Positions 21,149-30,449 of a stretch of DNA of 47,722 nt are shown piece after piece. How positions within the stretch are numbered: position 1 is the first letter of the stretch; each line of letters opens with the position of its first letter. The stretch lies in sequence record SRR20825019_53; one strand, written 5' to 3'. The notes beneath the pieces are model-generated. The model ran no database searches and was not told where the DNA came from. It was given only the letters and a program-made list of their open reading frames with translations. Both the position numbers and the translations under genes were made by a program.

Positions 21149-21784
21149 TTATTTATTACTGTAATTTTTAACAATAAAATTTTCAGCAAAACTTATACCT
21201 TCCATATCAATTGAATGTTTTAAATTTGATACAGATAGAGTATCTACTTTATAGTCATTTTTCATAAGTTTGTCTTTAGAAATATTTAGATTGCTATAAT
21301 CAACGACATCATCATCTGTTCCATGAATTAGGCAAATAGGTGTATTATTTTTAGATAGATTATAAGGGAGTATACATGACCCTGAAAATCCAACAGTTGA
21401 AAGGAGTTTGCTTTCGAGAGATAATGTTATATAAAGCGCAAGCATACATCCCTGTGAAAATCCCACCAAAATCAAATCTTTATATCCAAGTTTTAGTTCG
21501 TTTAATTTTTGCTCTATTATATTAAGCGTGAGTTTATATTTATCTTCAAGTTCTTTTCTAATACTTGTTTCGTCTCTATTTTTTAAACTAAACCATTGAT
21601 ATCCTATGGGTGCTTGGTCAAATAATTCTATACCGTTTGGAGCATAAAAATATGTATCATCTAATTTGTGACTAAAAATATTTGCTATATTAAGCATATC
21701 TAAACCATCTGATCCAAGTCCATGAAGCAGTATCATTAACTTTTTTACTTTTTTGGTTTTAGGTTCAATTATGAGATGATCCAT
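21149..21784 (-). CDS. phospholipase/carboxylesterase (alpha/beta hydrolase)
   Basis: LLHGLG, GYQWF, GFSQG nucleophile elbow, HGTDD.VV, catalytic His. Confidence 0.92.
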   Translation of the reverse strand: MDHLIIEPKTKKVKKLMILLHGLGSDGLDMLNIANIFSHKLDDTYFYAPNGIELFDQAPIGYQWFSLKNRDETSIRKELEDKYKLTLNIIEQKLNELKLGYKDLILVGFSQGCMLALYITLSLESKLLSTVGFSGSCILPYNLSKNNTPICLIHGTDDDVVDYSNLNISKDKLMKNDYKVDTLSVSNLKHSIDMEGISFAENFIVKNYSNK

Positions 21785-22416
21785 TATGCAGTTTTGTTTT
21801 CGTAATTACAATATTTAGATATTAGGCATTCAGAGCATTTTGGTTTAGCTGCTTTACAGACATATCTTCCATGAAGAACTAGCCAGTGATGAGCGTTTAA
21901 CTGCCATTTAGTAGGGATATTTTTTTTAAGATCTAATTCAATTTTATCTGTATTGTTTGATTTAGATAAATCAAGTCTGCTTGATAGTCTTATTACATGA
22001 GTATCTACAGGTATTGTTGGTATACCAAAAGCTATATTTAGTATCACATTAGCTGTTTTTTTACCAACTCCTGGTAAAGCAGATAAATTTTCAAGGTTAT
22101 CTGGGATATGACTATTATATTTACTTACAAGAATTTCAGATAATGCTATTATGTTTTTTGCTTTTGAATTAAATAAACCAATTGTTTTTATATATTCTTT
22201 GAGCTTTTCTTCTCCAAGTTTTAACATTTTTTGAGGAGAATCAATTTCTTTAAATAATGATTCTGTAGCTTTATTTACTCCTTTATCTGTATTTCTTGCA
22301 GATAATACTACTGCTACTAATAATGTATAGTTATTGGTATAGTTTAGTTCAGTAGAAGGGGAAGGGTTTGATTTACTAAAAGTTTCAAAAATTTTATTTA
22401 CGTTTGAGTTAGGCAT
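21784..22416 (-). CDS. nth: endonuclease III
   Basis: LLVAVVLSA, HhH LPGVGKKTA, VDTH, C-x6-C-x2-C-x5-C Fe-S motif. Confidence 0.98.
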   Translation of the reverse strand: MPNSNVNKIFETFSKSNPSPSTELNYTNNYTLLVAVVLSARNTDKGVNKATESLFKEIDSPQKMLKLGEEKLKEYIKTIGLFNSKAKNIIALSEILVSKYNSHIPDNLENLSALPGVGKKTANVILNIAFGIPTIPVDTHVIRLSSRLDLSKSNNTDKIELDLKKNIPTKWQLNAHHWLVLHGRYVCKAAKPKCSECLISKYCNYENKTA

Positions 22417-22473
22417 TTTGCAAAATTATCTATTTATTGATATATTATGTTTCTTGAAATATAAAAAAATATT

Positions 22474-22785
22474 ATGACTAATCAAGTAATATTAGAAAAA
22501 ATTGATAAAATTATTAAATCTAACAACATAGTTCTTTTTATGAAAGGTTCTAAAAACTCACCTATGTGCGGTTTTTCAAGTGTTGTTGTAACAATTCTTA
22601 AGAATCTAAATGTTGAGTTCTTAGATATTAATGTTCTTGAAGATAATGAACTTAGAGAAGGAATAAAAAAATATACAGACTGGCCAACTATACCTCAATT
22701 ATACGTAAATTCTGAATTTATAGGGGGTTGTGATATAGTTAAGGAGCTATATATGAATGGAGAACTAAATTCTTTATTGAAATAA
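22474..22785 (+). CDS. grxD: monothiol glutaredoxin Grx4
   Basis: FMKG, CGFS, WPTIPQLY, GGCDI. Confidence 0.98.
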   Translation: MTNQVILEKIDKIIKSNNIVLFMKGSKNSPMCGFSSVVVTILKNLNVEFLDINVLEDNELREGIKKYTDWPTIPQLYVNSEFIGGCDIVKELYMNGELNSLLK

Positions 22786-22934
22786 TTTTCACTTAATAAT
22801 TCATAGTTAATGTATGTATTTAATAGTACTTCATTTCAAGTATTAACTAAAGCAAAATAGTAAGCTAGTTAATAATTCTGATCATAAATAATTTATATTA
22901 AATTAAATCAATTTGTAAATGTTGTATGAACAGT

Positions 22935-23157
22935 TAATACTATACTTGATTAATACTCCATAAACTGAATAAAAATGAATTTGAATAACATTTCTATACT
23001 ATAAGCACTTAAATCTATATTCTATCTTTATCCTCTATAATAGTTTTATTATATCCTTTCAACCAATTACTTCCTTAAATTTCCTATAATTATGATCCAT
23101 AGATGTCAAATGGTCAAAGCATATAAAATATACTTGCATGCTATTTGGTCTTTCTAT
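22935..23157 (-). pseudogene. degraded IS5/IS1182-type transposase, N-terminal (DUF772-like) fragment
   Basis: Manual minus-strand translation: MQVYFICFDHLTSMDHNYRKFKEVIG*, then after a frameshift AYSIEMLFKFIFIQFMEY*; matches the family pattern Q....LD.L....H.YRKF / Y....LFK....QFME.LS. Confidence 0.65.
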
Positions 23158-23356
23158 TTATATGAATCTAATCTCATTGTAATTTTTGTATTCCTTTCTT
23201 GTAAAATACAAAATATTAATTAATAGATTCATGTCTTTTATATAATACTCAAGTCCATAAATGGAGTGTAAGAAAAAAATATTTAGTTTTATTTATTGAT
23301 AATTAAAATAAATTACAGTATTATAAAGTTAATTAAATTTAGTAGTGATATAATTT

Positions 23357-24508
23357 ATGTTTAGTAGAATATTTGGTTGTATAAAAAAATTTAATAACCA
23401 TAAACATAGTGCAATATTCTTTGGATATAGAAATTTTGGAGAACAAATAGAGGCCAAATTTATAGATCCTAAGTCAGATCTTGGTTTTAAAAGGTTGTTC
23501 AGAGACGAGTTAGTAATAAAATCTTTTATATCTGATTTTCTAAAAATGAATGTCAAGGAAGTGGAGTTTTTAGATACTCAAAATGATTACTTAGTACCAG
23601 TAAGTATGAGTGTGGATGTAAAATGCCGGACTGAAGAAGGTGAAACTTTTATTGTAGAAATGCAAAGATTTAACAATAAATATCAAGCTAATCGGGATTT
23701 TTTGTTTAAAACACAGGTGTATGTTGCCAACAATTTGCTTGAAACTTTTAAAGGTAACTCTAAGGCTATATTTTCAAGTATGGCTAGTGAAAACGCATTA
23801 ATGATGGATGAATTGGGTAAAATGAAAACTTCTTATTCTGAATTAAAACCAGTGCATTTAATTGCAATAATAGCTCCAAATAAAGATGGATTGCAGTCTT
23901 ATAAGTTTTTTGATGACGAGGTTCCTTTTAAAAGATATAAATTTCTAAACGAGGGGTTTTTGGATGAGGAGCGTAATGAAGATATGGGGCAAAAAGAGTT
24001 TCCAAATTCATTGTTTAGTCTTGCATTTTTAGAATTAAATAAGGTACATTTGGAAACTATAAAGGATTCCCATATCAAAGAATGGCTAGAATGTTTAAAA
24101 GATATACACTTAAAACATGAAGAGCCTGCAGGGTTGACTTCAGAGGGTGTTAAAAGGGCCTACTCTGTGTTAGATAAGGGTAAATTGACACCTGTTCAGC
24201 AGATGGAGATGGAAGATAAATTTTTTGAAGCGCAGGTGGTAAGAATGCAGGATGCTCAAGAAGTAAGAAAAGAGGAAATAATCAAGACAATTAAAAAAGA
24301 TATTATTACATACGATATGTTAACCAAAAAGAGTTTTACGCAAGAGGAAATAAAGAAGACTATGTCAATTACGCAAGATGAGATTGATATATTTTCCAGA
24401 AGTATAACAGAAGATGAAGAGATTATAGTAGAAGAGGTTCTTCCTTTAAGAATGACTGAGATTGAATTAACAGGAATCTCTGATAGTATCTTCATAGGTT
24501 CTAAATAA
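23357..24508 (+). CDS. Rpn family recombination-promoting nuclease / PD-(D/E)XK putative transposase
   Basis: F.DP..D.GFKRLF, VDVKC, FIVEMQ, Y..LKPV, FLEL.K, W...L motifs; codons look more G-rich than neighbouring genes. Confidence 0.92.
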   Translation: MFSRIFGCIKKFNNHKHSAIFFGYRNFGEQIEAKFIDPKSDLGFKRLFRDELVIKSFISDFLKMNVKEVEFLDTQNDYLVPVSMSVDVKCRTEEGETFIVEMQRFNNKYQANRDFLFKTQVYVANNLLETFKGNSKAIFSSMASENALMMDELGKMKTSYSELKPVHLIAIIAPNKDGLQSYKFFDDEVPFKRYKFLNEGFLDEERNEDMGQKEFPNSLFSLAFLELNKVHLETIKDSHIKEWLECLKDIHLKHEEPAGLTSEGVKRAYSVLDKGKLTPVQQMEMEDKFFEAQVVRMQDAQEVRKEEIIKTIKKDIITYDMLTKKSFTQEEIKKTMSITQDEIDIFSRSITEDEEIIVEEVLPLRMTEIELTGISDSIFIGSK

Positions 24509-24678
24509 ACTATTTATTTAATTTTAAATTCTAATCTTTGTTGGTATTTTTAAACTTACACTAATTTATGATTATTACTATTTAGTGTTTGGTGGATAGA
24601 TCACACGGATATTTTGTTTCAACACTACTAACATTAATGTGTAATTTTAAGAAATTTTTTTGCAATTTAATTTTTTTA

Positions 24679-25008
24679 AACTGAATAACTTGTTAAAATT
24701 TCTTGGGTATGCACCTAACAATTTATAGGTGATTGGTGCCCTTTATGTACTAAGCCAATTAAATACTACTAATTGTTAAATACTTATCAACAATACACGT
24801 CCGCCTAATATCTATTATCTACCATTCCAATTAAAGAATTTTTTTAATTTTTTCTTATTTCTGTAAATTTTCTTATCCCCCTCTGATATAACAGTGTATA
24901 AAAATTGTTTTGACACATATCCTTCATCACTATAAGTTGTGCTTTAAACCCTTAGATATAAATATGCACAAATATATCATCTCGAATTGTTAACTTAAAA
25001 TATCTTCC
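24679..25008 (-). pseudogene. degraded IS982-family DDE transposase, C-terminal fragment
   Basis: Minus-strand pieces FKLT..DD, SKGL, YSDEGYVSKQ, LYQRGIRKFTEIRKN*KNSLIGMVD, VFN, LVHKGHQSPINC*VH, in the order of the IS982 pattern GDKGYISK..L..RG...IRKNMKN...HTRHRSPIN; many stops and frameshifts. Confidence 0.75.
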
Positions 25009-25090
25009 TTAGATGTTTACAAAAGACTTATAGTTCAATAAATCTTGAATCTTTGTAGAGTAAAGTTTTCTAATGAAAGCCTTGGTGTAC

Positions 25091-27751
25091 TTAGATATTA
25101 GAAATTTTACTCTGTATTTTATACATTAATTCTAATGCTTCTTTAGGAGTTAGGTTATCTGGATTAATGCTGCTTATTAAATCAAATATTTCATCATGCT
25201 TAGTACTTTCTTTGGTGATTGGTTTTTCTTCATTATTAGATGATGCGTGAATTATTTTCTTAGAATTATCCTTATTATTTTCAGAACTTTCTAAGTTACT
25301 AAGTATTTCTTTTGATCTTTCTATGACCTTTTTAGGAAGTCCTGCAAGTTCAGCAACATGTATTCCGTAAGACTGACTTGCTCCTCCCTGAATCATTTCA
25401 TAAAGGAAAGTAATTTTATCTTTTTGATCATCAATTGCAGCTGAATAATTTGCTAAACAAGTAAGATCTTTTTCTAGGGAAATAAGTTCATGATAATGAG
25501 TTGCAAATAAGCATCTACATTTTAAGATATTATGAATATATTCAAGGCATGACCAAGCAATTGATATTCCATCATAAGTTGAAGTACCTCTTCCTACCTC
25601 ATCAAGAATTATTAAAGATTTTTCTGTTGCTTGGGCCAGAATTGATGATGTTTCTACCATTTCTACCATAAAGGTGGATTGACCTTTGCTTAAATCATCA
25701 GTTGCTCCAATTCTACTAAAAAGTTTATCAACAGTACCAATTTTGGCATGTGATGCAGGTATAAAGCATCCAGCATGAGATATAATAGCAAGTAAAGCAT
25801 TTTGTCTTAAAAAAGTACTTTTACCAGCCATGTTTGGGCCTGTTATTAGCCATAGCCTATTATTTTCTGATAGGTCGCAATTATTAGCAACAAATGACTG
25901 ATGAGTATTTTTAAGTGAATACTCAATACTTGCATGTCTTGCTTGTTTAATACAGAAAGAATTATCATCTGTAATTTCGGGTCTTATATAATTATACTCT
26001 CTTGATATCCAGGCAAAGCAATTAAAAACGTCTATTACAGCAAGGTTATGAGCTAGTTTCATAAGCTTTTCAATATTTTCAGCAAGTATTTTAGTAATTT
26101 CATTAAATATTGATAATTCTACTTCAATTAACATTGACTTTGATGTAGCTATTTCTTCTTCAAGTTTTTGAAGTTCGGGTCTTGTATATCTTTTATAGTT
26201 ATTTAAAGATTGCCTTTGAATAAATAATGTTTTATCAATTTTATCTTCATTTCTGGATGTTACTTCTACATAGTATCCTATCATATTATTTTTGCTGATT
26301 TTAAGATTATCAACTTTAGTTTCTTCTCTGTATTTATTTTGTAACTGATCTATATATAGAGTGCTTGATGTTAACATATTTCTGAATTTTGCTACATCTT
26401 TATTATAAGATTCTTTGATATAACCCCCATCACTAATAGAGTTAGGGCAATCTTCTTCTATAGAATTGTCTATAAGAGATACTATCTCATAAAAATCTGA
26501 AAAATTACTTATGATTTTATTTATAATTTCTGGGATATTTATTTCTGAATTTGAAATAATATTTTTTATTATATCTGCTTTTTTAATTGTTTCTTTTATT
26601 TGTAATAAATCTTTTGGGCTGCCTTTACCCATAAGAATTTTTGAAAGTGATTTTTCAATGTCATATGTTAAGCTAATAATCTCTCTGATCTCATCGTTTA
26701 CTTTGGGAATTTTATAGAAAAATTCTGTGGTTTCTAGGCGTTGATTTATTTGGTTAGCTTTTCTTAATGGGGATGAAATATATTTGTATAGCAATCTTGA
26801 TCCTGCTTTAGTTTTAGTATGATTAATAGTATCTAGTAAGCTTCCTTTATATTTACCAGACATGGTTGATGTAATTTCAAGATTTTTTAAAGTAGATTCA
26901 TCTATAAGCATAAAATCATCATATTTAATGATCTTAGGATAGGGAAGATGAGGCATGCTTGATTTTTGGGTAACTTTTAGATACTCAATAAGTCCACCAA
27001 TTGATGATATTTCAGGTTCGTTTAAAGAACCAATTGAATCAATAACATTAATATTATAGTAGTTTTTAATAATATTTATACATTTATCAATTTTAAAATA
27101 GCTTTCTACTTGGAAAGTTAACTGGGTTTTATAATTATTAAATAGGTTATAAATATCTAGGTTAAATTGTATTTTTTCACTTATAATAATTTCTTTAGGT
27201 TTTATCCTTGCAAGTTCATCAGGAATATTTTCTTTTGGTATAGTATAGACAGATAATTCACCAGTATTTATATCGCATTTAGATATAGATGACTTATTTT
27301 TGTCAATTACTACAGATATAAGATAATTAGGTACTGAATCATTTAATATTGAATCTTCTGTAACGGTTCCAGGGGTAATAATTTTAACAACTTCACGTCT
27401 TACTACTTCTTTATTGCCTCGCTTTTTAGCTTCTTCAGGAGTTTCAAGTTGCTCGCATATTGCAATTTTATATTTATTTTCTAGTAATTTGAATAAATAT
27501 GATTCAAGAGAATGATGGGGCACACCGCACATGGGTATATCTTGATTTTCAGTTTTTCCTCTTTTAGCAAGAGCAATGCCGAGTATTTTACTTGCAGTAA
27601 TTGCATCATCATAGAATAATTCATAAAAATCTCCCATTCTAAACAAAACTAGGCATTCAGGGTTAGCTATTTTAGCATCTAAATATTGTTTCATCATAGG
27701 GGTTGCCTTGTGATAATTATATTTATTTTTCAAATCGACGTTATTTTGCAT
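25091..27751 (-). CDS. mutS: DNA mismatch repair protein MutS
   Basis: TPMMKQY, FRMGDFYELF, TPGT, GPNMAGKST, STFMVEM, LDEVGRGT, ATHYHEL. Confidence 0.99.
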   Translation of the reverse strand: MQNNVDLKNKYNYHKATPMMKQYLDAKIANPECLVLFRMGDFYELFYDDAITASKILGIALAKRGKTENQDIPMCGVPHHSLESYLFKLLENKYKIAICEQLETPEEAKKRGNKEVVRREVVKIITPGTVTEDSILNDSVPNYLISVVIDKNKSSISKCDINTGELSVYTIPKENIPDELARIKPKEIIISEKIQFNLDIYNLFNNYKTQLTFQVESYFKIDKCINIIKNYYNINVIDSIGSLNEPEISSIGGLIEYLKVTQKSSMPHLPYPKIIKYDDFMLIDESTLKNLEITSTMSGKYKGSLLDTINHTKTKAGSRLLYKYISSPLRKANQINQRLETTEFFYKIPKVNDEIREIISLTYDIEKSLSKILMGKGSPKDLLQIKETIKKADIIKNIISNSEINIPEIINKIISNFSDFYEIVSLIDNSIEEDCPNSISDGGYIKESYNKDVAKFRNMLTSSTLYIDQLQNKYREETKVDNLKISKNNMIGYYVEVTSRNEDKIDKTLFIQRQSLNNYKRYTRPELQKLEEEIATSKSMLIEVELSIFNEITKILAENIEKLMKLAHNLAVIDVFNCFAWISREYNYIRPEITDDNSFCIKQARHASIEYSLKNTHQSFVANNCDLSENNRLWLITGPNMAGKSTFLRQNALLAIISHAGCFIPASHAKIGTVDKLFSRIGATDDLSKGQSTFMVEMVETSSILAQATEKSLIILDEVGRGTSTYDGISIAWSCLEYIHNILKCRCLFATHYHELISLEKDLTCLANYSAAIDDQKDKITFLYEMIQGGASQSYGIHVAELAGLPKKVIERSKEILSNLESSENNKDNSKKIIHASSNNEEKPITKESTKHDEIFDLISSINPDNLTPKEALELMYKIQSKISNI

Positions 27752-28056
27752 AAAAGATATTCGTTAAATAAGTTACTTTTATAACATTTATATATTGGTG
27801 CTTCAAGGCAGTTTGAGAAAAGATTTTGTATAATTAATTAAAAATAATATAACTTCTAAAATAATTTAGAATATTTTAGTTGTAAATAAATTTAATATAA
27901 TTGCATAATTTAAGAATTTTAAATCTATAATAATTGAAATGGATATATCTAATAAATCATAATGATAAAAGAATTTATATTATCTAAAAATATTAATTAG
28001 TAATTGCTTGATTTTTATATCATAAAATATATCTTACAAAAAATATTTAGAAGGTA

Positions 28057-28133
28057 GGGCAGTTAGCTCAGTTGGTTAGAGCGTTACGTTGACATCGTAG
28101 AGGTCGGTGGTTCGAATCCACTACTGCCCACCA
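28057..28133 (+). tRNA. tRNA-Val (anticodon GAC)
   Basis: GGGCAGT acceptor stem, TTACG-TTGACAT-CGTAG anticodon arm, GGTTCGAATCC, ACTGCCC-ACCA. Confidence 0.97.
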
Positions 28134-28420
28134 TTTTATTCTTAATGTTTTTATTACATTAAATTTTTATTTATTATTACTAATAAATTGTATTATAACA
28201 ATTATCTAATTGTTTTATTAAGTATTAGTTAATTATTTATGCTATTTAATCAACTCTTATATTGATACTAGAACCATACTAGTCTATATTACTTATTTAT
28301 TATTAATAGATGGAGTAATAAATAGTGTTAACTATTTATTTTGCTGATAATTTTGTTGTGTTTTAGATAAAATGGCTGGTATATTTCATTTTATACTTGA
28401 TTAATTTTTTAAAACGTGAT

Positions 28421-28496
28421 AGGAGTGTAGCTCAATCGGTAGAGCGCCGGTCTCCAAAACCGGAGGTTGCGGGTTCGATTCCTGTCGCTCCTGCCA
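28421..28496 (+). tRNA. tRNA-Trp (anticodon CCA)
   Basis: AGGAGTG...CCGGT-CTCCAAA-ACCGG, GGTTCGATTCC, CGCTCCT-GCCA; canonical position before secE. Confidence 0.97.
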
Positions 28497-28518
28497 TTTT
28501 ATAGTTTTGATTAATATT

Positions 28519-28701
28519 ATGTACAAGTTTTTGTCTCAAGTAAAGCAAGAAATGGGAAGAGTTTCGTGGCTTTCTCGTAAAGAGTTAATTTCCACTCTTG
28601 GGATGGTGCTTGCTTCTGTTGCAATAGTAAGTCTATTATTTTTATTTGTAGACTTTGTTTTACACAATTTTGTGAGTTTTATACTCAATATCGGAAAGTA
28701 A
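28519..28701 (+). CDS. secE: preprotein translocase subunit SecE (ATG 28519; TTG 28507 also possible)
   Basis: F..QVKQE..RVSW.SRKE followed by one TM; between tRNA-Trp and nusG. Confidence 0.93.
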   Translation: MYKFLSQVKQEMGRVSWLSRKELISTLGMVLASVAIVSLLFLFVDFVLHNFVSFILNIGK

Positions 28702-28711
28702 GGTTATTATA

Positions 28712-29248
28712 GTGGAACATAAATGGTACATAATTCATACCCTTTCTGGGGGAGAAAGAGAAGTTAAGAGAATGATTCAAGATCAAGCTTCTAAAAATGG
28801 TATGAGTGATTATTTTCAAGAGGTTGTTATACCTTCTGTTGAGATTTCTGAAATACAAAGGGGAAAGAAGGTTAAAGTTGAAAAGAAAATTATGCCAAGT
28901 TATATACTTGTAAAAATGAAAATGGATGATAAAGCTTGGCATATGATCAATAAGATCCCCAAAGTAACCGGTTTTTTAGGTAATAGGGCAAGGCCTAACC
29001 CAGTTCCGGAGTCTGAGGTAAAAAGAGTATTTGATCAGTTAGAAGTAACTGCAAAAGATGCAGCTCTTGCTAAGAGATTTAATATTGGTGAAGAGGTAAA
29101 GGTTGTAGATGGTCCTTTTGAATCTTTTGTAGGAGTTATTGAAGAAGTTGAAGAGGCAAAATCGAGATTAAGGGTTTCTGTGACAATTTTTGGAAGAATT
29201 ACTCCTCTTGATCTAGCTTTTGATCAAGTAAAAAAAAATAACAATTAA
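28712..29248 (+). CDS. nusG: transcription termination/antitermination factor NusG
   Basis: WYIIHT.SG.E, P.Y..V.M, VTGF, KOW motif DGPF..F.G, IFGR.TP. Confidence 0.98.
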   Translation: MEHKWYIIHTLSGGEREVKRMIQDQASKNGMSDYFQEVVIPSVEISEIQRGKKVKVEKKIMPSYILVKMKMDDKAWHMINKIPKVTGFLGNRARPNPVPESEVKRVFDQLEVTAKDAALAKRFNIGEEVKVVDGPFESFVGVIEEVEEAKSRLRVSVTIFGRITPLDLAFDQVKKNNN

Positions 29249-29289
29249 ATATAATATAGTATAATAATTTGAAGAGGTAGATTTTAAAG

Positions 29290-29724
29290 ATGGCAAAGAC
29301 AGTAACAGGATATATAAAATTAACTATACCAGCAGGTAAGGCAAACCCGTCTCCACCTGTGGGTCCAGCCTTGGGAGCTAGGGGTTTAAATATAATGGAT
29401 TTTTGTAAGGCGTTTAATGCAGAAACTCAGTCTTTAGAAGCTGAAACTCCTGTGCCAGTAGTTATAACAGTTTATAATGATAAGTCTTTTCAGTTTGTAA
29501 CAAAAACTCCACCTGCATCTTTTTATCTCAAGAAATTTGCTAAAATTAGCAAAGGATCTCAGGCAACTAAGAAAGATCAATCAGTAGGTAAGGTGACTAT
29601 TGAAGATTGTAAAGAAATAGCAAAAATAAAAATGAAAGATCTAAATGCAAATACTGAAGATGCGGCTGCAAAAATAATTGCAGGTACTGCAGAATCTATG
29701 GGCCTTGAGGTAGTATATGAGTGA
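29290..29724 (+). CDS. rplK: 50S ribosomal protein L11
   Basis: [39 protein letters not shown] upstream. Confidence 0.99.
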   Translation: MAKTVTGYIKLTIPAGKANPSPPVGPALGARGLNIMDFCKAFNAETQSLEAETPVPVVITVYNDKSFQFVTKTPPASFYLKKFAKISKGSQATKKDQSVGKVTIEDCKEIAKIKMKDLNANTEDAAAKIIAGTAESMGLEVVYE

Positions 29725-30448
29725 TATAAAACATTCTAAAAAACTTTCTAAAAATCGCGAAAAAATAGAATCAAAAATTTTATCCGGTAAAACATATACT
29801 ATCGATGAATCAGTTAAGATACTTAAAGAAGTTTCGTTTACAAATTTTGACCAAACTGTTGAAGTTGTAATGAATTTGGGAGTAGACCCAAGACATTCAG
29901 ATCAAATGGTTAGAGGTATAGCCTCTATGCCTTCTGGAACCGGAAAGAACGTAAAAGTTGCAGTAATTTGTAAGGATACTAATTCTGATATTGCAAAAGA
30001 AGCAGGCGCTGATAGGGTTGGAGCAGAAGATTTAATTGATGAGATTAAATCAGGTAAAATAGAATATGATATATATATAACAACTCCTGATATGATGTCA
30101 TTAGTAAGTAGAGTGGCCAGAATACTAGGTCCAAAAGGATTAATGCCAAACCCAAAAATTGGTACTGTGACTACAGATATAGCGAAATCTGTCAAGAACA
30201 CAAAGAGTGGCCAGGTTGAGTTTAAAGTTGATAAGAATGGTATTATTCATGCAGGTGTTGGTAAGTTATCTTTTGATGATAAAGATATTATATCTAATAT
30301 AAAATCTTTAACAGGTTCTGTAGTAAAGGCAAGGCCATCTGGGGCTAAGGGTAATTATGTAAAATCTGTTCATTTGTCAAGTACAATGGGTCCTGGTATA
30401 AGTGTGGACTTAGCTTCACTTGAAATATCTTCTAAAACAAGAGGTTAA
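29717..30448 (+). CDS. rplA: 50S ribosomal protein L1
   Basis: [36 protein letters not shown]. Confidence 0.99.
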   Translation: MSDIKHSKKLSKNREKIESKILSGKTYTIDESVKILKEVSFTNFDQTVEVVMNLGVDPRHSDQMVRGIASMPSGTGKNVKVAVICKDTNSDIAKEAGADRVGAEDLIDEIKSGKIEYDIYITTPDMMSLVSRVARILGPKGLMPNPKIGTVTTDIAKSVKNTKSGQVEFKVDKNGIIHAGVGKLSFDDKDIISNIKSLTGSVVKARPSGAKGNYVKSVHLSSTMGPGISVDLASLEISSKTRG

Positions 30449-30449
30449 A

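Noticed and set aside
22786-25090. Composite transposon carrying Rpn
   Set aside because: The two flanking relics belong to different IS families, and no matching terminal repeats or target duplication were found
28134-28420. Small hairpins or a possible tuf remnant between tRNA-Val and tRNA-Trp
   Set aside because: No EF-Tu-like peptide seen; the A/T-rich stems are expected by chance
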